Positions 44,550-59,540 of a DNA stretch of 64,000 nt are shown piece by piece. Origin of the DNA: Amoebidium appalachense (Eukaryota; Protista; Ichthyosporea); assembly GCA_963693365.1 (NCBI GenBank), contig CAVNZM010000014.1, forward strand, positions 6,262,001 through 6,326,000. Reading direction: 5' to 3'. Each line of letters starts with the position of its first letter. Position 1 is the first letter of the stretch. Below the pieces are notes generated by a model that was not told where the DNA came from, did no database searches, and saw only the letters and a list, made by a program, of their open reading frames with translations. The translations under genes and the position numbers were made by a program.

Positions 44550-44952
44550 GGAGGGGGGGGGGGGGGGGGGGGGCTCCTTACAAGACCAACTTGAAAACTC
44601 AAGGCAAACCGAAAATATCATTGCATTCAATTGCATCATAAAAGGAACTACGATAAGAAGGTAAACACACAACGAGGCGGTTACTAACAGCCCCAGATAT
44701 CTTTGATGATGCTATTGAATTGACAGATAGTATGTTTGAACGAACGCTGAGTAGCATTTGAGGCCGTAGCCTATTCAGCGGATACTATACTTTAGTACTG
44801 TGGCAATCGACCGGTAGGGTTAAATCAGTCTTAAGAACGTAAAAGCATGCCCAACCCATTTACCCGATTTAGCAAAAGAAACCATTCAATTTGGGAAATT
44901 CGAAGCTTTTTAGATCTGCCTCCATGTCCCTGAATTATTTGACTGAAGTTTA

Positions 44953-45059
<107 letters not shown>

Positions 45060-45213
45060 TGAAAATGAAAATGAAAGGGGAAAAAAAAGGGGAAAAAAAG
45101 AAGAAGAAAAAAAAAAACGCCCTCAGTCGTCACTGAGTTGATAATAACACAAATTAACGGCACCAAAACAATGATTATCACAGACTTGCTGCTAGCCAAT
45201 CAATTCCAGTTTA

Positions 45214-48200
45214 TCAATCGGAAAAAAGCGCTTCAGCAAAGCTCTTGGCCTCACTAGCAGATCGATCCTCGCTGCGAGAGGTCAGCGATGGGATAGCCGA
45301 CATTTCGTGCTGAATATCTGGATAACCCTCAAATAAAATGCACAGCTCCCTGAGGTGGTTTCTGGGCTGGGGCTGGGTGAATCTGTCGTCATCCAACAAG
45401 GCCTTCACGATCACACCCACTGCGCGGGCTCTTTCCGGATGCCGCCTCATCGAGTCTGCTGCAGTTGACAACAGTTCAAAGACAATTCCTCCACATATGG
45501 GCGCTTCGGGGTACCCCTTCGCAAGCAATGTGTCAACTTCTCGCCTGATCTTTTGCTCATCCTCGTCCGCCCTTTCGTGGATTTTGTCTTTCCCCAGTGC
45601 CTCAAAAAGGTAATGTAACAGCACCTCGGTGACGCGGCCAATGGGAGCCTCCGACTGCAGTTGCTGTAGGGCGATTGGGGATAAGCGGTGCAGGGGGGGG
45701 AATCGAGATGTGCCAACAGATGGCCGGGTGTTTCATAGCGACTACCCTCGATTTTGTATTTGGGCGGCATGTGCGCCTTCCTCGACTTGGCAGAATCATT
45801 TGGCTTGCCACTGCCCTGGGATCCGGATACAGTGATAGTTGGGCAAGTGCTTGCAGGAACACAGTAGACTTGGACGACACGCCCTGCAAGATGAATGTCA
45901 CCCTCCGACAGCAGCCATCTGAACAGAGGCATGCAACATTTCTCCACGCGCCCGTCAACCATTTTGGAAGAGTTGGATCCCTGTATAATCTGGGCTTGCC
46001 GCAGAGCACCACCTACATCGGCACGGTTATATGGTGGAGGGAAACTGGCCAGCAAATAAAGTACGTTCGCCACTGTTTGGGGAAGAGGCGCAAATGGTGG
46101 CCCTACCTCTCGGTTGCAGAGTAGAACCTGTAGGGCGCGGTGTGTGGCAGCTGTGTGGCGGAGTTGAAGGGCAACCAGGAGGCCCCCAGCCATCTCGTCG
46201 ACGCTGCACCCATCCAGGAGTGCACGTGTTGTGCTCGGCAAGGTGTTGCTGCCTGCTAGTGCATCGTCGGCAACCAGCAGAAGAAAAACAAGCTCCGGAG
46301 ACAGCTCCAACCCGGATGCCACGGCTTGATGCAGGGCGGGAAGAAATGCTGCCCAGATGTCGTTGTATTTGGCCAGACAGAACCGGAGAACAAAGCGCAG
46401 GCCCCGCCCCACAGCCAGCATATCACTGGCATCATGGATAAACGGCTGCTCCTCTTGAGCTCCAGACAGGAAGGCTGAGCTCCTCCCGTATTTCGTCCCA
46501 CCCTGCCAGCCAGTCCTGGTGGGTTGGAATATTTCCAAAAAGGAGAGCCCGCTGTGCTGGCCCCATATCACCATCGAGCACACCGCCCTGGTTGGCACAC
46601 AGGAGCCGAACGAAGAAGGCCAGAACCGACGCTTGATGGTTTCTATTGTAGTTGTGCCACTTGCAGCAGGCAAATTGACCATCAGTGGGCAGTAAGGCAC
46701 GGTGCCCAGCGGCGACTCCCATGATGTTACTGACGTACGCCTCAATGTTGCCGTTGGCAGCAGCCAATAGACTTGCCTTGTCCAACTTGATGACCCCCAA
46801 CTCGAGGAACATTGGGTTGTCAAGCTAGACAAAGATTGCACGGAGAACACTGAACGGTGCGTGTCGGAGAACTTGGCCACACCTAAGGGGCAGCGTGCCC
46901 CAGTCGCCGTGCTCTAGCCCCCATTGGAGCACTCGAAAAAGAGCTTGATGCCCCACATTTTGTCCGTGCTCGGTTGAAAGGTGCTGCAGGGCCGCCCAGT
47001 TCTTTGCTTTTGCCGCCGCAATTCATCAACTCAGTTGCCGACCGTCCCATGGTCATGTTATTGGCCCCATCTTGAAGGTCACCAAGCCGTTTCAGCTTGG
47101 CTTGAGCAGCCAGTTATGGCCGGGTGTTTAGACGGAAGGTTGGTGATGATGGCATTTAGCACCGCCTCGCTGTCAAGACCAGGATGTGACACAATCATTG
47201 CAAGACAGTTATGCCAGCATTCGCGTACACGGTGAATGGCCTCATGCTCCTGCTGAGGATCCATTTCAAGCACCCACACTTGCTGGTGGCTACATCTGTA
47301 AGAATTGTGTTGTGTGCACGTGAGGGTACACCACCACCCCTCCGGCTTGGCAATGCGGTGGCGCACGTCCGTGTTGGAGTCGAATTTGTGAGCAAGTTTG
47401 AACTGGTCTAGAACCAGGTACTGTAACAGCTGCATACATTCGGCAGATTGATTTCGCCGACAGCTGCTTTCTACGTCCTTTGAATTGTTAATCACTTCGA
47501 GTGCACCATGGCCGAGAATGTTTTGCTGCGACAACAAATAGGAAAGTATGTGCTCCCGCCCAAATGCCAACGCCAGCCTGGCTAGGATTCTGGCACGTTC
47601 GAGTGCCGGGAGAGCTTGCTGCTCGTGCTCCTGATCGAAAATGTCCAGACGTGGTATCACTTCGTAGAAAACGTCAGTCCATCCATGCACAACCGCTACA
47701 GACAGCATGTCCGCATAAATATCAATGTCTGCTGCCGCAGGTCTGGTGGTCGGGAGGCGCTTGACAACACGGAGAGCGACTTCAGGCTGCCAAACAAGCC
47801 GCGGCAAAAACAATTCTGTCTGCCCAAACGTGCGGGATAATGACTGATTGGAGGATTTCAGGTGCTGCTTCATGATAGACGGCTGCCATGTGTTGAATGA
47901 ACTCCGGCACTACAGGGTCGTCTTTTGGGACAAGGAAGTTTAACAAACACCCAAAGATGGCTGTGATTTGCTGGTGGGGCATTTGCATGAGGGTCAGTAG
48001 CATGGCATCTAGCACCTGGTCGTCCTCATAGTATGGTCGGGTAACCATGGTAATTTCTGCCTCCTGGCACGGGCTGCACAGCTCAAAAATTGCGGCACAA
48101 TATTGTGAGATGCTTTTGCTGTGTGTAAGGGCATATTTGATTGTGGAAGAGCTGTGCTGGGCCACTGGGAGCTGATTGGGAGGCAGTGTTGGGCAGTGGT

Positions 48201-49008
48201 GCCACAGGGGAACTCCGTACAAGTAGCCCGAAGAGCTGATTAAGTTCTCGCCATGCCAGCCTGAGATTCTCAGGGGTGAGTGTCGTGATTTTTTTGTCGT
48301 AGCTGCCAGTGCTGTAGACATGGTCACTCCAGTGGCACGCCCTTGTCTGAGTATTGGTGGTGTCAATGATGCACGGCAAGCGCAAGCAGCCCTTTCCTTG
48401 CAACTCCGGGCAAACAACGCATGGGTTTAAGACCTTGATTTCATGCCGTAAACTGTAGCGGTTTAATTCCTGAGTAGCGCAAACTCAGGTCGATTGCATA
48501 TGCGATTGTGGTTCTTCGCCTCCTTCTGGTTTGCCTGTTTTCGCTTGCAGGATCTCGAGTTCAAGGTCTTTGTTGCTGTAACTCAGAGCGCATAACCCTG
48601 CCACCTCGAGGACGAAATCTGTGAATGTGAACATCGTGCTACGAAGGAGCTCTTGAAAAAACCTTCGATACCCAAAGCCGGCTGCTACGCAGAGAGTAGC
48701 AACGGCGTTGCGTGACAAGTGCTCGCGAGATCTCTTGTCCAGCGTCAGTTTGGCAAGCTTCTATCATGGGCCAGACTCTGCACAAGGAGAGATTCTGGGA
48801 TTTGCGGGTTTGCATTCCAGAAAACAATAGTATCGCGTGCTATTTTGCCCGTGAGCACGTCTTTGGAAATAGCGTGGAGTCGTCATGATGTAAGCATGAG
48901 GGCTAAAACGTCGGATGCATCGTCTAAGTGGTTGATGGTCATTGCTATAATCTCATCCGAAAGTTGGAAAATATTAATGAAAGGAAGCTCCGAAATTGGG
49001 ACAGCCAT
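45214..49008 (-). pseudogene. Intronless degraded F-box protein gene with ankyrin-like helical repeats
   Basis: ATG at 49008: MAVPISELPFINIFQLSDEIIAMTINHLDDASDVLALMLTS*RLHAIS (F-box pattern with TGA at 48885-48883). A chain of overlapping minus ORFs in shifting frames (48485, 47782, 47079, 46432, 45447, 45214) contains LCVAAGFGY, LSVAVVHGW, LALAFGREHILSYLL and LLAAANGNIE. No microsatellite introns in 3.8 kb. Confidence 0.75.
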
Positions 49009-49402
49009 TCTTGATGCCTTTCAAACATCTATCTGTTAATTGTGCTACCAATGATTCTTTTTGCTTGTAACTACACAATAAAGCAGCAAAAGTTCTGCCT
49101 GTTCATCGATATAATGGGTCGAACGTCAAGTTTTCGCTCCAAAAGGTGCTACTTCGCTTGCTTCTCTTTTCGTGCCCGGCGCACCAAAACAGAGCTTGAG
49201 CCAAAACGGGTTCGCACCATTAATCCTTGTAGACCACAATGCAAAGGGGGGTTTAGCCAGTTAGAAACCAAAATCAAAACTAAGATTAATGAGCAAGAGT
49301 GCAATTTGATATCGTCAATGAACCCTTCTGCTCTATAGAGTGATTTGATTGGATACTTCGGCACCACATTTTTAAGCAAACCTCGGGGGTCGCACTATCC
49401 GC

Positions 49403-49447
<45 letters not shown>

Positions 49448-49786
49448 TCCGCCCCCCCTCCCCCCCTCCTTCCCCTTTCTCCCCGCCGTCCTATCATCCC
49501 CCCCTCCCTCTCTGCCGATCAATAACTGGGGTCTGAAAGCCACGCCTACGATTAGAAAGTCTTCTGAGGGCACGCGCGGGGGGGGGGGGGGGGGGGGGGG
49601 GGGAGGGAGGGAGGCACTTACGTATACCTTTAACCACTCTGCACAAGAAGAGCCAGGTACTCTAGAGTCTAATAAGCTAATAGCAAAGAACCAGGTGACT
49701 GCAACTCCGACCTGTCTGCATATGCAAACAGCAAAGTTATATGTTGCAACCTACCGCATTATACCATTCAACTCAGGATATCTGAA

Positions 49787-50043
49787 GGGGTTTACGCTGT
49801 TTACTCGAGGCAAATAGAGACCAGTCTCAGGTATGGGGGGTTTTTGCTCGGAATATCCCCTCAGCGGTATATCATGATCACGTACATAGATGTCGGGTGA
49901 TGACTATATATCAGGGTTTACTTTCTCCACGAGACACCATAAAGACTAAGAAAAAACCAATTAGTTGGGGTTCCCCGTTTTTTTTTTTTTTTTTTTTTTT
50001 TTGGGGGGGGGGGGGCTCCCCTGGGACACTCGGTATCAGCTGG

Positions 50044-50138
<95 letters not shown>

Positions 50139-50378
50139 CTAGAATTTTGTAGTGAGTGTGTGTGTGTTTTGTTTGGGCATGCAAACGATGCCACCTTATA
50201 CTTATTAGATCTCCACTGTATAGCACGTGTACAGTAAAAGCGTGGTAATTGATCAATAATACCATCAGCTAGAGAAAGACCAGTTCTACAGGAAGGTAAT
50301 ATGTATTTAGGTGTTATACATTTGCGAGTGCCATATTTGGCAATATGGTTGAGGCGGTCATTATATATAAAACGAGAC
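49787..50378 (+). mobile_element. Dispersed repeat family, copy 2, flanked by 9-11 bp direct repeat
   Basis: Matches 9823-10562. ATATCTGAA(GG) lies at 49778 and 50379. An inverted 5' fragment is at 53411-53512. Confidence 0.8.
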
Positions 50379-50804
50379 ATATCTGAAGGTATATTATGTT
50401 CACAGCGGTTTCAAGCCCTTGGATTATGGCGCAGACGGGGTCTCTCTCTCACTCTCTGTTACACACAACCTCTCACACACACAGACACAGACACACTCTC
50501 TCTCTTACTCACACACACACGCTCTCTCTCTCTCTCTCTCTCTCTCCCCCTCCCTCCCCGCCCTCCCTCCCTCCCTCCCTCCCTCCCTCTCCCCTCCTCT
50601 CTCTCTCTCTCTCAGTATCTCTCTATCACTCTCTCTCTCTCTCTTTTGCTCTCTCTATCACACACACACACTCACACACACACTTTCTCTCTCTCCGCCC
50701 CTCCCCCTCTTCTCTCTCGGTGTGTTATTAGCGTGCGTGTGAGTGCGCGTGCTCTCTCTCTCTCGCTCTCGCTGTGTGTGTTGTGTGTGTGTGTGTCTGT
50801 GTGT

Positions 50805-51085
<281 letters not shown>

Positions 51086-51948
51086 GCGTGTGTGCGTGTG
51101 TGTGTGTGTACGCGCACGCATGTGTGTGGGCTGGGTGGTTACGTGCGTCACAGTGTACAAGTCTATGTGTGTGTGTGTGTGCCCGGGGGGGGGGGAGGGA
51201 TTTGAGGAGGGGGGAGGGGCTGTGGGTGGGTAAGTGGGTGGGTGAGTGGGTGGGCCGGGAGGGGGGGGGGGGGGGGGAGGGGGGGGGGAGGGGGGGCTGC
51301 AACCACATGAGGAGAATTAGCTTTCTTCGGCCAGAATTACTATTTTTTTGGCATAACTATTCTACATTTTGCAGAATAAATCAGGAAAAGCAGACTGATT
51401 CAAAAGTAGATTTCAAGCCGTTCTGCATAAAGTTTAAGCAATTACTTTGCTTTTAGCAGAATTATTCTGCTCTGAGAAGAGTAACTCGTCTCTGTGATTA
51501 TTATGCTTACAGCGGAATAATTTTGACGGCAGCAAATTTATTCTGCTTGTAGCAGCCTTTATTATTCTGCTTTTGGAATTTTTCCGGCCGGGAAAAGGGG
51601 GGGAGTGGGTGGGGTGGGGGGTGGGGTGGGTGGGGGTGGGGGTGAGGTGGGGTGGGGGGCACCTAGTGTATGGGATTGTACATGCATGTGTTTCCATGTG
51701 TATGATGTGTGCCTGTGTTGAAAGTGAGCGAGGACGGAACGGAGGAGGGGGGGGGGGGGGGGGGGGGGGGGGGAGGGGGAGGGCAAGGAGGTGGCCAACT
51801 GCTACGGAGCAGGAATTGGAAGGGAAAGGGGGGGGGGGGGGGGGGGGGGGGAAGGTCTAGTGTATTCATGGGGCCGGACTTAACAATATTGTCCGTGCAT
51901 GGGTGGTTTCGATCGGTGGTGATGGGAGGTAAAGAGTGACCCTCCCCC

Positions 51949-51988
<40 letters not shown>

Positions 51989-52839
51989 CCGGGGCATCGA
52001 GTACCAGCAGCACCTGCTGTTTGATCGAGTTCTTCAGAAAACTTTGATCTCCCTTTCGTTTTTTGGACATCGATTTATTGCCTGTTGCAATTTACTATGA
52101 GTTTTCCGAGAACTTGTTCCGGTCATAAGGTAATTAAGTCCTGGGGGTCTACTTTCCCACGCAACACAGAGGCTGCAAACCGTTGGAGGCACCACCAGAG
52201 TTTTGTGTCCCGGTGAATTTTCGGGTGGTTTAAATTTTGGGGGGAAACAATATTTTATAGTTCCTCATATGCTATGCTCCTCGTAAAAAAGACATAGCAA
52301 AGAGTTTGGAAAATTCGGGGCTGTGGAAAAATCGGAGGCTGGGGATTTATTCTGTGTGGTTGTTACCAACACGCAAGCACCCACACACGCACATGCGCGT
52401 GCACACCCGCACACACACACGCATCCACACCCACATGTCCGCACTCATGTGTACGCATATATGCATCGATATCCGTGCACATTCACGGACAAACGGGGAG
52501 AGCACAAAACGGGGGGCAAGGGGGATGGTGGTGGTGGTTGGGGGGAACGGGGGGGGGGGGGGGGAGGGGGGGGGAGGGGGGATGAAGGGGTAGAGGGGAT
52601 GGGGGTGGATCACAGCAATTTTTTGTCACAGTAATAGGATGCATATTGAGACTCTCAAGCCTCGAAAACCCACACCGTCCGTCTGAGGAGCCTACCTCGA
52701 GGTTCTGGTTTTCTCGATTCTTTGAGCCTTTCAGTTAGTATCTACCCTGAGAGTATTCCGCCCAAAGCCCAAAGCCAAATATTTAACCAATATTGTTATT
52801 TGATCGGTTTTTTTTTTTTTTTAAGAATTGGGGGGAAAT

Positions 52840-52870
<31 letters not shown>

Positions 52871-53639
52871 CCCTCCCCCCCCCCCCTCGCTGGGGCGCAC
52901 CCAGAGAACGGGGGTTTTCAGGAACTGTGAATTAGGGTACTGTTTCTTTGGCTGTCCAAAAACATGCCAGTAAATTGTAGAACCCCTTTCCCCAAAAAAT
53001 AAATAAATAAATTATGTTTAAAAATAAGTGACTTTGAAAAATATAAATAAAAATAAAAATACAAAGCCGTTCTTTTGAATCCTGCACACATCAGGAGCAA
53101 GGAGAATAAGTAAAACAACTGGTTCGACAAAGATATTTCAGTATCCACTGTTTTAAACTTATTTAGAATCGTTGCAGCGCCGCCAATGCGGCTCCGCTGC
53201 TAATAGGCGGGTATCGGCCATAACAGACCTATACTACCTACTTTAAAAAACCGAGCCGGGCAAACAGACATGGCAGAATTCATTGGGCTTTACCAATTTC
53301 AAAAAAAGAGGGGTCTGTCACGTTTGACCATACAGTTTAGATCTCCGGACCGAGGGGGGGGGGGGGGGGAGGGGGGGGGAAGGACCCGGAAGGGGAGGGT
53401 TCCGGTTCACTGAGGGGATATACCGAGTTGAAACCCCTCCCCCCCCCCCCCCCCCCCCCCCCCCAATACCTGAGACTGGTCTCTCTGTGCCTCGAGTAAA
53501 CTTTTGTAAACCGAGTTCATTAGCAGGGAAGTTATGTACCGGTGCAAAAGCATCTCGGTGCAAAATATGCTGTGACGTTTTTCGGGGGGGTGTCGGTGTG
53601 TGCCACGTGTGTGTGTACGGTATGTGTGTGTGTGCGTGT

Positions 53640-53687
<48 letters not shown>

Positions 53688-53810
53688 GGGGGGTGGGGGG
53701 GGGGGGAGAAAGGAAAAGTGGATGCCCATGGAAATCAGACAGGCTGACTATCTGTATTAACAGTAATCCATCCCTCACACCCCTTCGATCTCCTCCAACT
53801 CCAAACGAGC

Positions 53811-53849
<39 letters not shown>

Positions 53850-54040
53850 AATGGTCGGTTGATCTGCCTGTACACCACCCTCGCTTTTGATTAGTTGCCA
53901 ACTTCATGCAGTGGGTGGCCCCTGCCTGCGTACATGGCTATTTCTTTCTATTGCGGCCCCGTTACCCACACTGAATGCAATTCACTGATTCTTCATTCAA
54001 CACCCCCCCCCCCCCCCCCCCCCCCTCTCAGTCCTCCCCC

Positions 54041-54085
<45 letters not shown>

Positions 54086-54994
54086 CACACGCACACACAT
54101 CGGACACCCGTGGCACACGACCATACTGCGACGCCCATACCCAAGGCCAATGCCTCCTACACATGTGATTTTTTATTTCTCTTGAACTTAGAGTCGTTAT
54201 CTATCGATATATCCTGAGCTATTTTTAAGTAACCAAAGTGTTGGGCCCGTTGGCCTTGTCCTGGCCCCGGTGCACGCACACCTATTCAGAGCCAAAAGTG
54301 CACATGTGTGTATGATGTGTATGACACGAGTCGATGCATCATATGAGTGAACAGCACATTCCCCTGCCTATGGCCGTCAGGGCGCCAGGTGCACATACCA
54401 ATTGAATGAGGCGATGACTCCGAGCCTCACTCAGTTGAAGTTGTTCTCTGGTTCTGGTTTGAAAGTCACTGTGTCTAAGTAATATAATGGTCAAACAGTG
54501 CATACACGGAAGGAAAAAAATAACCAGTTGTATCCACCACTTAGTGCACTAGATGGTGTGTGATTTCAGGCTTTTGTAAACAAATACACATATGGCAGAT
54601 CTGCACAGCCTGTGTGATTCGTGTGCGATTTTGTTTTTGTTTCCATATATGGTGTGCGATTATGCGTTTTGATTGGGTGTCAAACAATAGGGGCGTGAGC
54701 CAATAGGAGTTGAGATGTCCGGTCTTTTCCAAACATTTGAATGATATGGCCTTCTTCCCTTCGTTATTTAAAAAGGATTTAAATGTTAAAACCAGTTAAA
54801 ACGTTTTTAAATAAATATTTAAACAATTAATTGGTGTTCGAAGTTTCGATTTTTTTGTGAAATCGCCGACACAAAAAACTGAAAATCCGTGTGAACGTGC
54901 TCGACACGCACTTCAACTCCACAGATGTGCACAGCCAGTTGGTGACACTTTACTGCGCTTATTTTTTCCTTGTTTCTTTTGTACCTATTTCAAG

Positions 54995-57900
54995 ATGGCG
55001 CCTCCTCCCATTCTAGACGGTGTTCAGTTCCCCACCACCGAAAAGGGTGACCGCAGCAGTTCTGCTTCTGGCAAGGAGGTCTTCCGTGCTGCCATTGCTG
55101 CCGTTGACCCCAAAGAGGCTGAAAAATGTCGCAAACGAGAAGAACTGGAGGTGGGCGGGCACAATGACATGCATGCACTCACGCAAGAGGGGGCACGCTC
55201 TCCTCACGCACGCACGCACTTCAATCTAGGCTGTTAAAGGGAACAACCTTTGTCTTTCCTTGGACTATTCCCCTCCCCTCCCCCCGCCCTTGACCCTCCC
55301 CCCCCCCCCCCCCCCCCCCCCCCCCACCTCACTCCCCCCAACACACACACCCAAACAGTTCGGCTGACGAAGTGAAAGGGCTGAAACTTGGGTACTGTAA
55401 ATGTCTTTGACCCCCTTCTGAGGATGGCCTCTGCTCATGACGCATACAGTTTGTGTGCTTTGCAATCAGCACTGTGTTGCCCGTCATATATGCGTACTCT
55501 GTAACACATTAAACCCCCCGCCCTCCCCCCTCCCCCCAGCCCCTTGGTTGCTGCTGTGCTTGCTCCCTGTGTTCTCAAGCTTGCATACGATGTGAGCCAT
55601 GATATGCGTATACTCTGCACTTCCCTCCCTCCAAAGGCCCTGTCCCCATTCTTCTATCGTTGTATACTTTCCATCCCTGAATTGATTTGGTTTCACTCTC
55701 AAATCCTAATACCTACATTCCCCTCCATGCTCTGGCTTCCCCCCGCCCCCCATCCCCTACAAACCTCGAAACTCATTCTCTCAATCCTCCCCCCCCCCCC
55801 CCCCCTCCCCCCCCACCCACACCCGCACCGGTTCTAACACAAAGGGCACACATTTATTTCGTCCCCACTTCCTCCCCCCCCCCCCCCCCCCCCTCAATCC
55901 CCCCCTTCCCCTTTCCCCACCCCCCCCCCCCCTCCCCGCCACACCCACCCACACACACACACAAACACACTATTACCATCTCCCCCCCTCCCCTCCCTCC
56001 TCCCTCCCTCCCTCCCCCCCCCCCCACCCCACCACCTCCCCCCCCCCCCCCCCACACACACACACACACGCAGGTTTGGCTACACCAAGCACGTGGTGCG
56101 TGCTCTGGAGCTTTCTGCCAAGAGCTCTGACAAGGCCATCAAGATTGCACAGGCCGGTATTGACTGGACGTACAAGAACTTTGAGTTTGTGCGTGACGGG
56201 CAGACGTGCAGCGTGGAGGAGGCAATGGAGGTGTGTGTGGGTGGGTGGGGGGGGGGGGGGGGGGGGGGGGTGTCTGTGTGCATGTGCTTGTGTGTGGTTG
56301 TATGTGTGTTTGTGTTAGTGTTTATGTGTGTTGCCCGTAGGTGTGCACGTGGCCATGTATCTGTGTGTATGTATGTCTGTGCACAGGCATGCATGCGTGT
56401 GCTTATCACTTGCCTCTGTGTGCGTGTTTTAGTTGTTGGTTGGTGTGTGTGTGTGTGATGGTGTATGCATGCAACAACCTTCGTTTTTCTACTTTGCATC
56501 ACACTCTTCTCCTCTTCGGCCCCCTCTCGATTCTTTATGCTTCAAGTTATGTGTATCTTTCCTTCGTCGTGTAATAAGAGTTTGCCCCCTTTACTGAACT
56601 CCCCCTGCCCCCCTGCCCTCCCCCCCCCCCCCCCCCCCCCCTGGAGGATGGTATCTCGTCTGTGACGTTTATAAAACCCTTAGCGCTTAGGATGGTTTGG
56701 GCAGAAAGAAGGAGATAGCTCGGTGTGTTAAATGAAGAGCGGAGGTCGGGGGGAGGGGGGGGGAGGGGGATGGTTGAAACGATATGTATATTTGTGGTGT
56801 CTGGCGGAGGTGTAAGCCAAGGGCAAGCGGAGGGGGCGGGTAAGGGGGGGGGAGGTGGGGGGGGTGAGGTGACGTGTTTGCTTTCAACTGGCTTGTGTGT
56901 TTTCTGATTTAAAGCAACGAGGCTCAGGGGGTGCAATAACACACCACATGGTGGGGGAGGGGGGGGGGGGGGGGGAGAAGGGGGGGGGAGGCGGGTGTGT
57001 GTGTGTGTGGGGGGGGGGGGGGGAGGAGAGGGGGTGGCCCTTACCCATTTCAACCACCACCACCTCACTACCATACAATATGTTGAGATCCCTAACACAT
57101 CGGAAACTCACTCGCCCATTCTCCCACTTCCATACATACATCCCCCCCCCCCCCTTTATCGCCACCACCACCACCATTTCGACTAACACACCCGCTTTGC
57201 AATCACAGAAGTTCACCGGCACCTTCGAGACCGGTGTAATTAAGGGCAAGAAGCCCCGCGGCGAAAAGGTGGAGCTGGAGATCCCATACAAGGGTCGTGT
57301 GCTTAAGGGCAAGGAGCTGATTGCGCAGATCGACAAGTGGGCCAACTACGGCACAATTGAGCCCTCGTGCGCTGATGGCCTTAAGGCATGCGTACTGCAC
57401 CCCGAATGGTATGTGTTGAGTGGGTGCCCTTAAAGACTCAGGTGGTATTCTCCAGGATTACTTCTTATGGCGATCGAAGTTGTACAGGCATGTACATCAG
57501 GGCAATCCAATTCATTGATAGAAGAGAGGAAGAGGGGGAGGGGGAGGAGGGTAAGGGAAAGAAAAAGATGGGGGAGGGGGGGGGGGGGGGGGGGCTGGAG
57601 GGAGAGAAAAAACGAGGGGTGTGGGGGAGAGGGGGGGGGGGGGGAGGGAAGAGAGAGAGAGAGAATAAGGAAAGAAAAAACGTGTAAACCGAAAGAAAGC
57701 TTTCTTTTTTTTGTGGGGGGGTTTGATGGTGGTGGTGTGTGTGTTGGTGGTGGTGGTGTGTGTGTGTGTGAGGGGGCGGGGAGGACGAATCAATGAGTAC
57801 ACACTAAACCATGTAGTTGCTTAAATCCCCCTCCCCCCCCCCCCCCCCCCCCCCCCCCAATAACACATTTTTACCCCCTGCCCGTCCGCCCTCCCCCCTC

Positions 57901-58207
57901 ACTCCACTCACACATGATGATCCACTGGGACACCAGTACTCCCACCACCACCACCACCTTCTAACACACACACACAATCACGCGCGCGCGAACACACACA
58001 TACAGGCTGGACCTCTCCGACAAGTACTTTGTGCTGTGTGGTGCAGGCAGTGCCATGGGCCCCTTCCTGATTTTGGTGGCTCTGGGTGCAAATATCATTG
58101 CTCTCGATCTCGACCGTGCACCCATCTGGTAAGTTAATTTTCCTAAAAGAAAATTGGAATAATTGGAACGCCTTGAAATGCTAGGATCATATACTAAGTT
58201 ATCATCA

Positions 58208-58249
<42 letters not shown>

Positions 58250-58361
58250 GTCCCCACACATACCGACACCACACCCATCGAACCCACACTATTTTCCTAA
58301 AAGAAAATTGGAATAATTGGAACGCCTTGAAATGCTAGGATCATATACTAAGTTATCATCA

Positions 58362-58396
<35 letters not shown>

Positions 58397-58779
58397 GTCC
58401 CCACACATACCGACACCACACCCATCGAACCTAGTGTGGGGGTGGGGGTGGAGGGGAGAGAGGGGGGTGCATTTCTGCCTGTGTGTGTATTCCTGCATAT
58501 GTGTTGTAGTTGACAACACGATTTCCCCCCCCCCTCCCCCCCCCCCCCGTTCCTTCCTCTCTCCCCAAAAAAGTTTCATGCAAAAAGAGACTAAAATGGG
58601 GGGGGGGGGGGGGAGGGGGGGGGAGGGGGGGGAGGTTATACAACAGTCGTTTTATAATAGCACGCCGTTGTATGTATTTGGTTGTGTGATTGTGACCTCA
58701 AGCGAATACCCTCACACACATTGCTGCCATACGGACAGCCAAAATACTCGGTACATGTAAGCATGTTGTATGCTCTGCT

Positions 58780-58852
<73 letters not shown>

Positions 58853-59252
58853 AAAACACACACACACACACACACACACCCCCCTACTAGTAAAAGTAAA
58901 TAGCAAAAGCAACACATGCGCACGCAAACACAAACGCACACATACACACATGTCCACACACAGACACACACACACATATATACACTTACATTTCTTCCCC
59001 TTTTCCCCATCCCCCCCCCTTCCCTGCCGCACACCCTCTGACATGCATGATTTCTATCCAATAGGAAGCGTCTGATCAGCCTTGTGGAGGACAGCTCAGC
59101 CACCATCACGTTCCCGCTGAAAAAGCCACAGAAGGACCTAGAAGGGGATGCGCTCTATGAGAATGCCGGCTGCAACCTGTTCACTCAGTGCCCAGAGCTC
59201 AAGAACTGGGTCTCCTCTGTATGTGTCCTTATTGAGGCAACCCCCTCCCCCC

Positions 59253-59298
<46 letters not shown>

Positions 59299-59509
59299 AG
59301 AATTATAGTAATAATAATAATTATAAATACAAAACACACACGCACACGCACACGCAAGCACATGCACATGCACATGCACGCTCGCGCGCGCACACACACA
59401 CTACACCCCACATATACACCCCTCACACACGCACACAAGGTGTGGTTTACGAATTGTGCAAATGTTGTCCGTCGTGGGTGTGTACTTGGTGCTCGGTAAC
59501 GCATTCTTA

Positions 59510-59540
<31 letters not shown>

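Noticed and set aside
51300-51580. Clustered GCAGAAT/ATTCTGC motifs suggesting a MITE
   Set aside because: I could not define TIR ends or a TSD.
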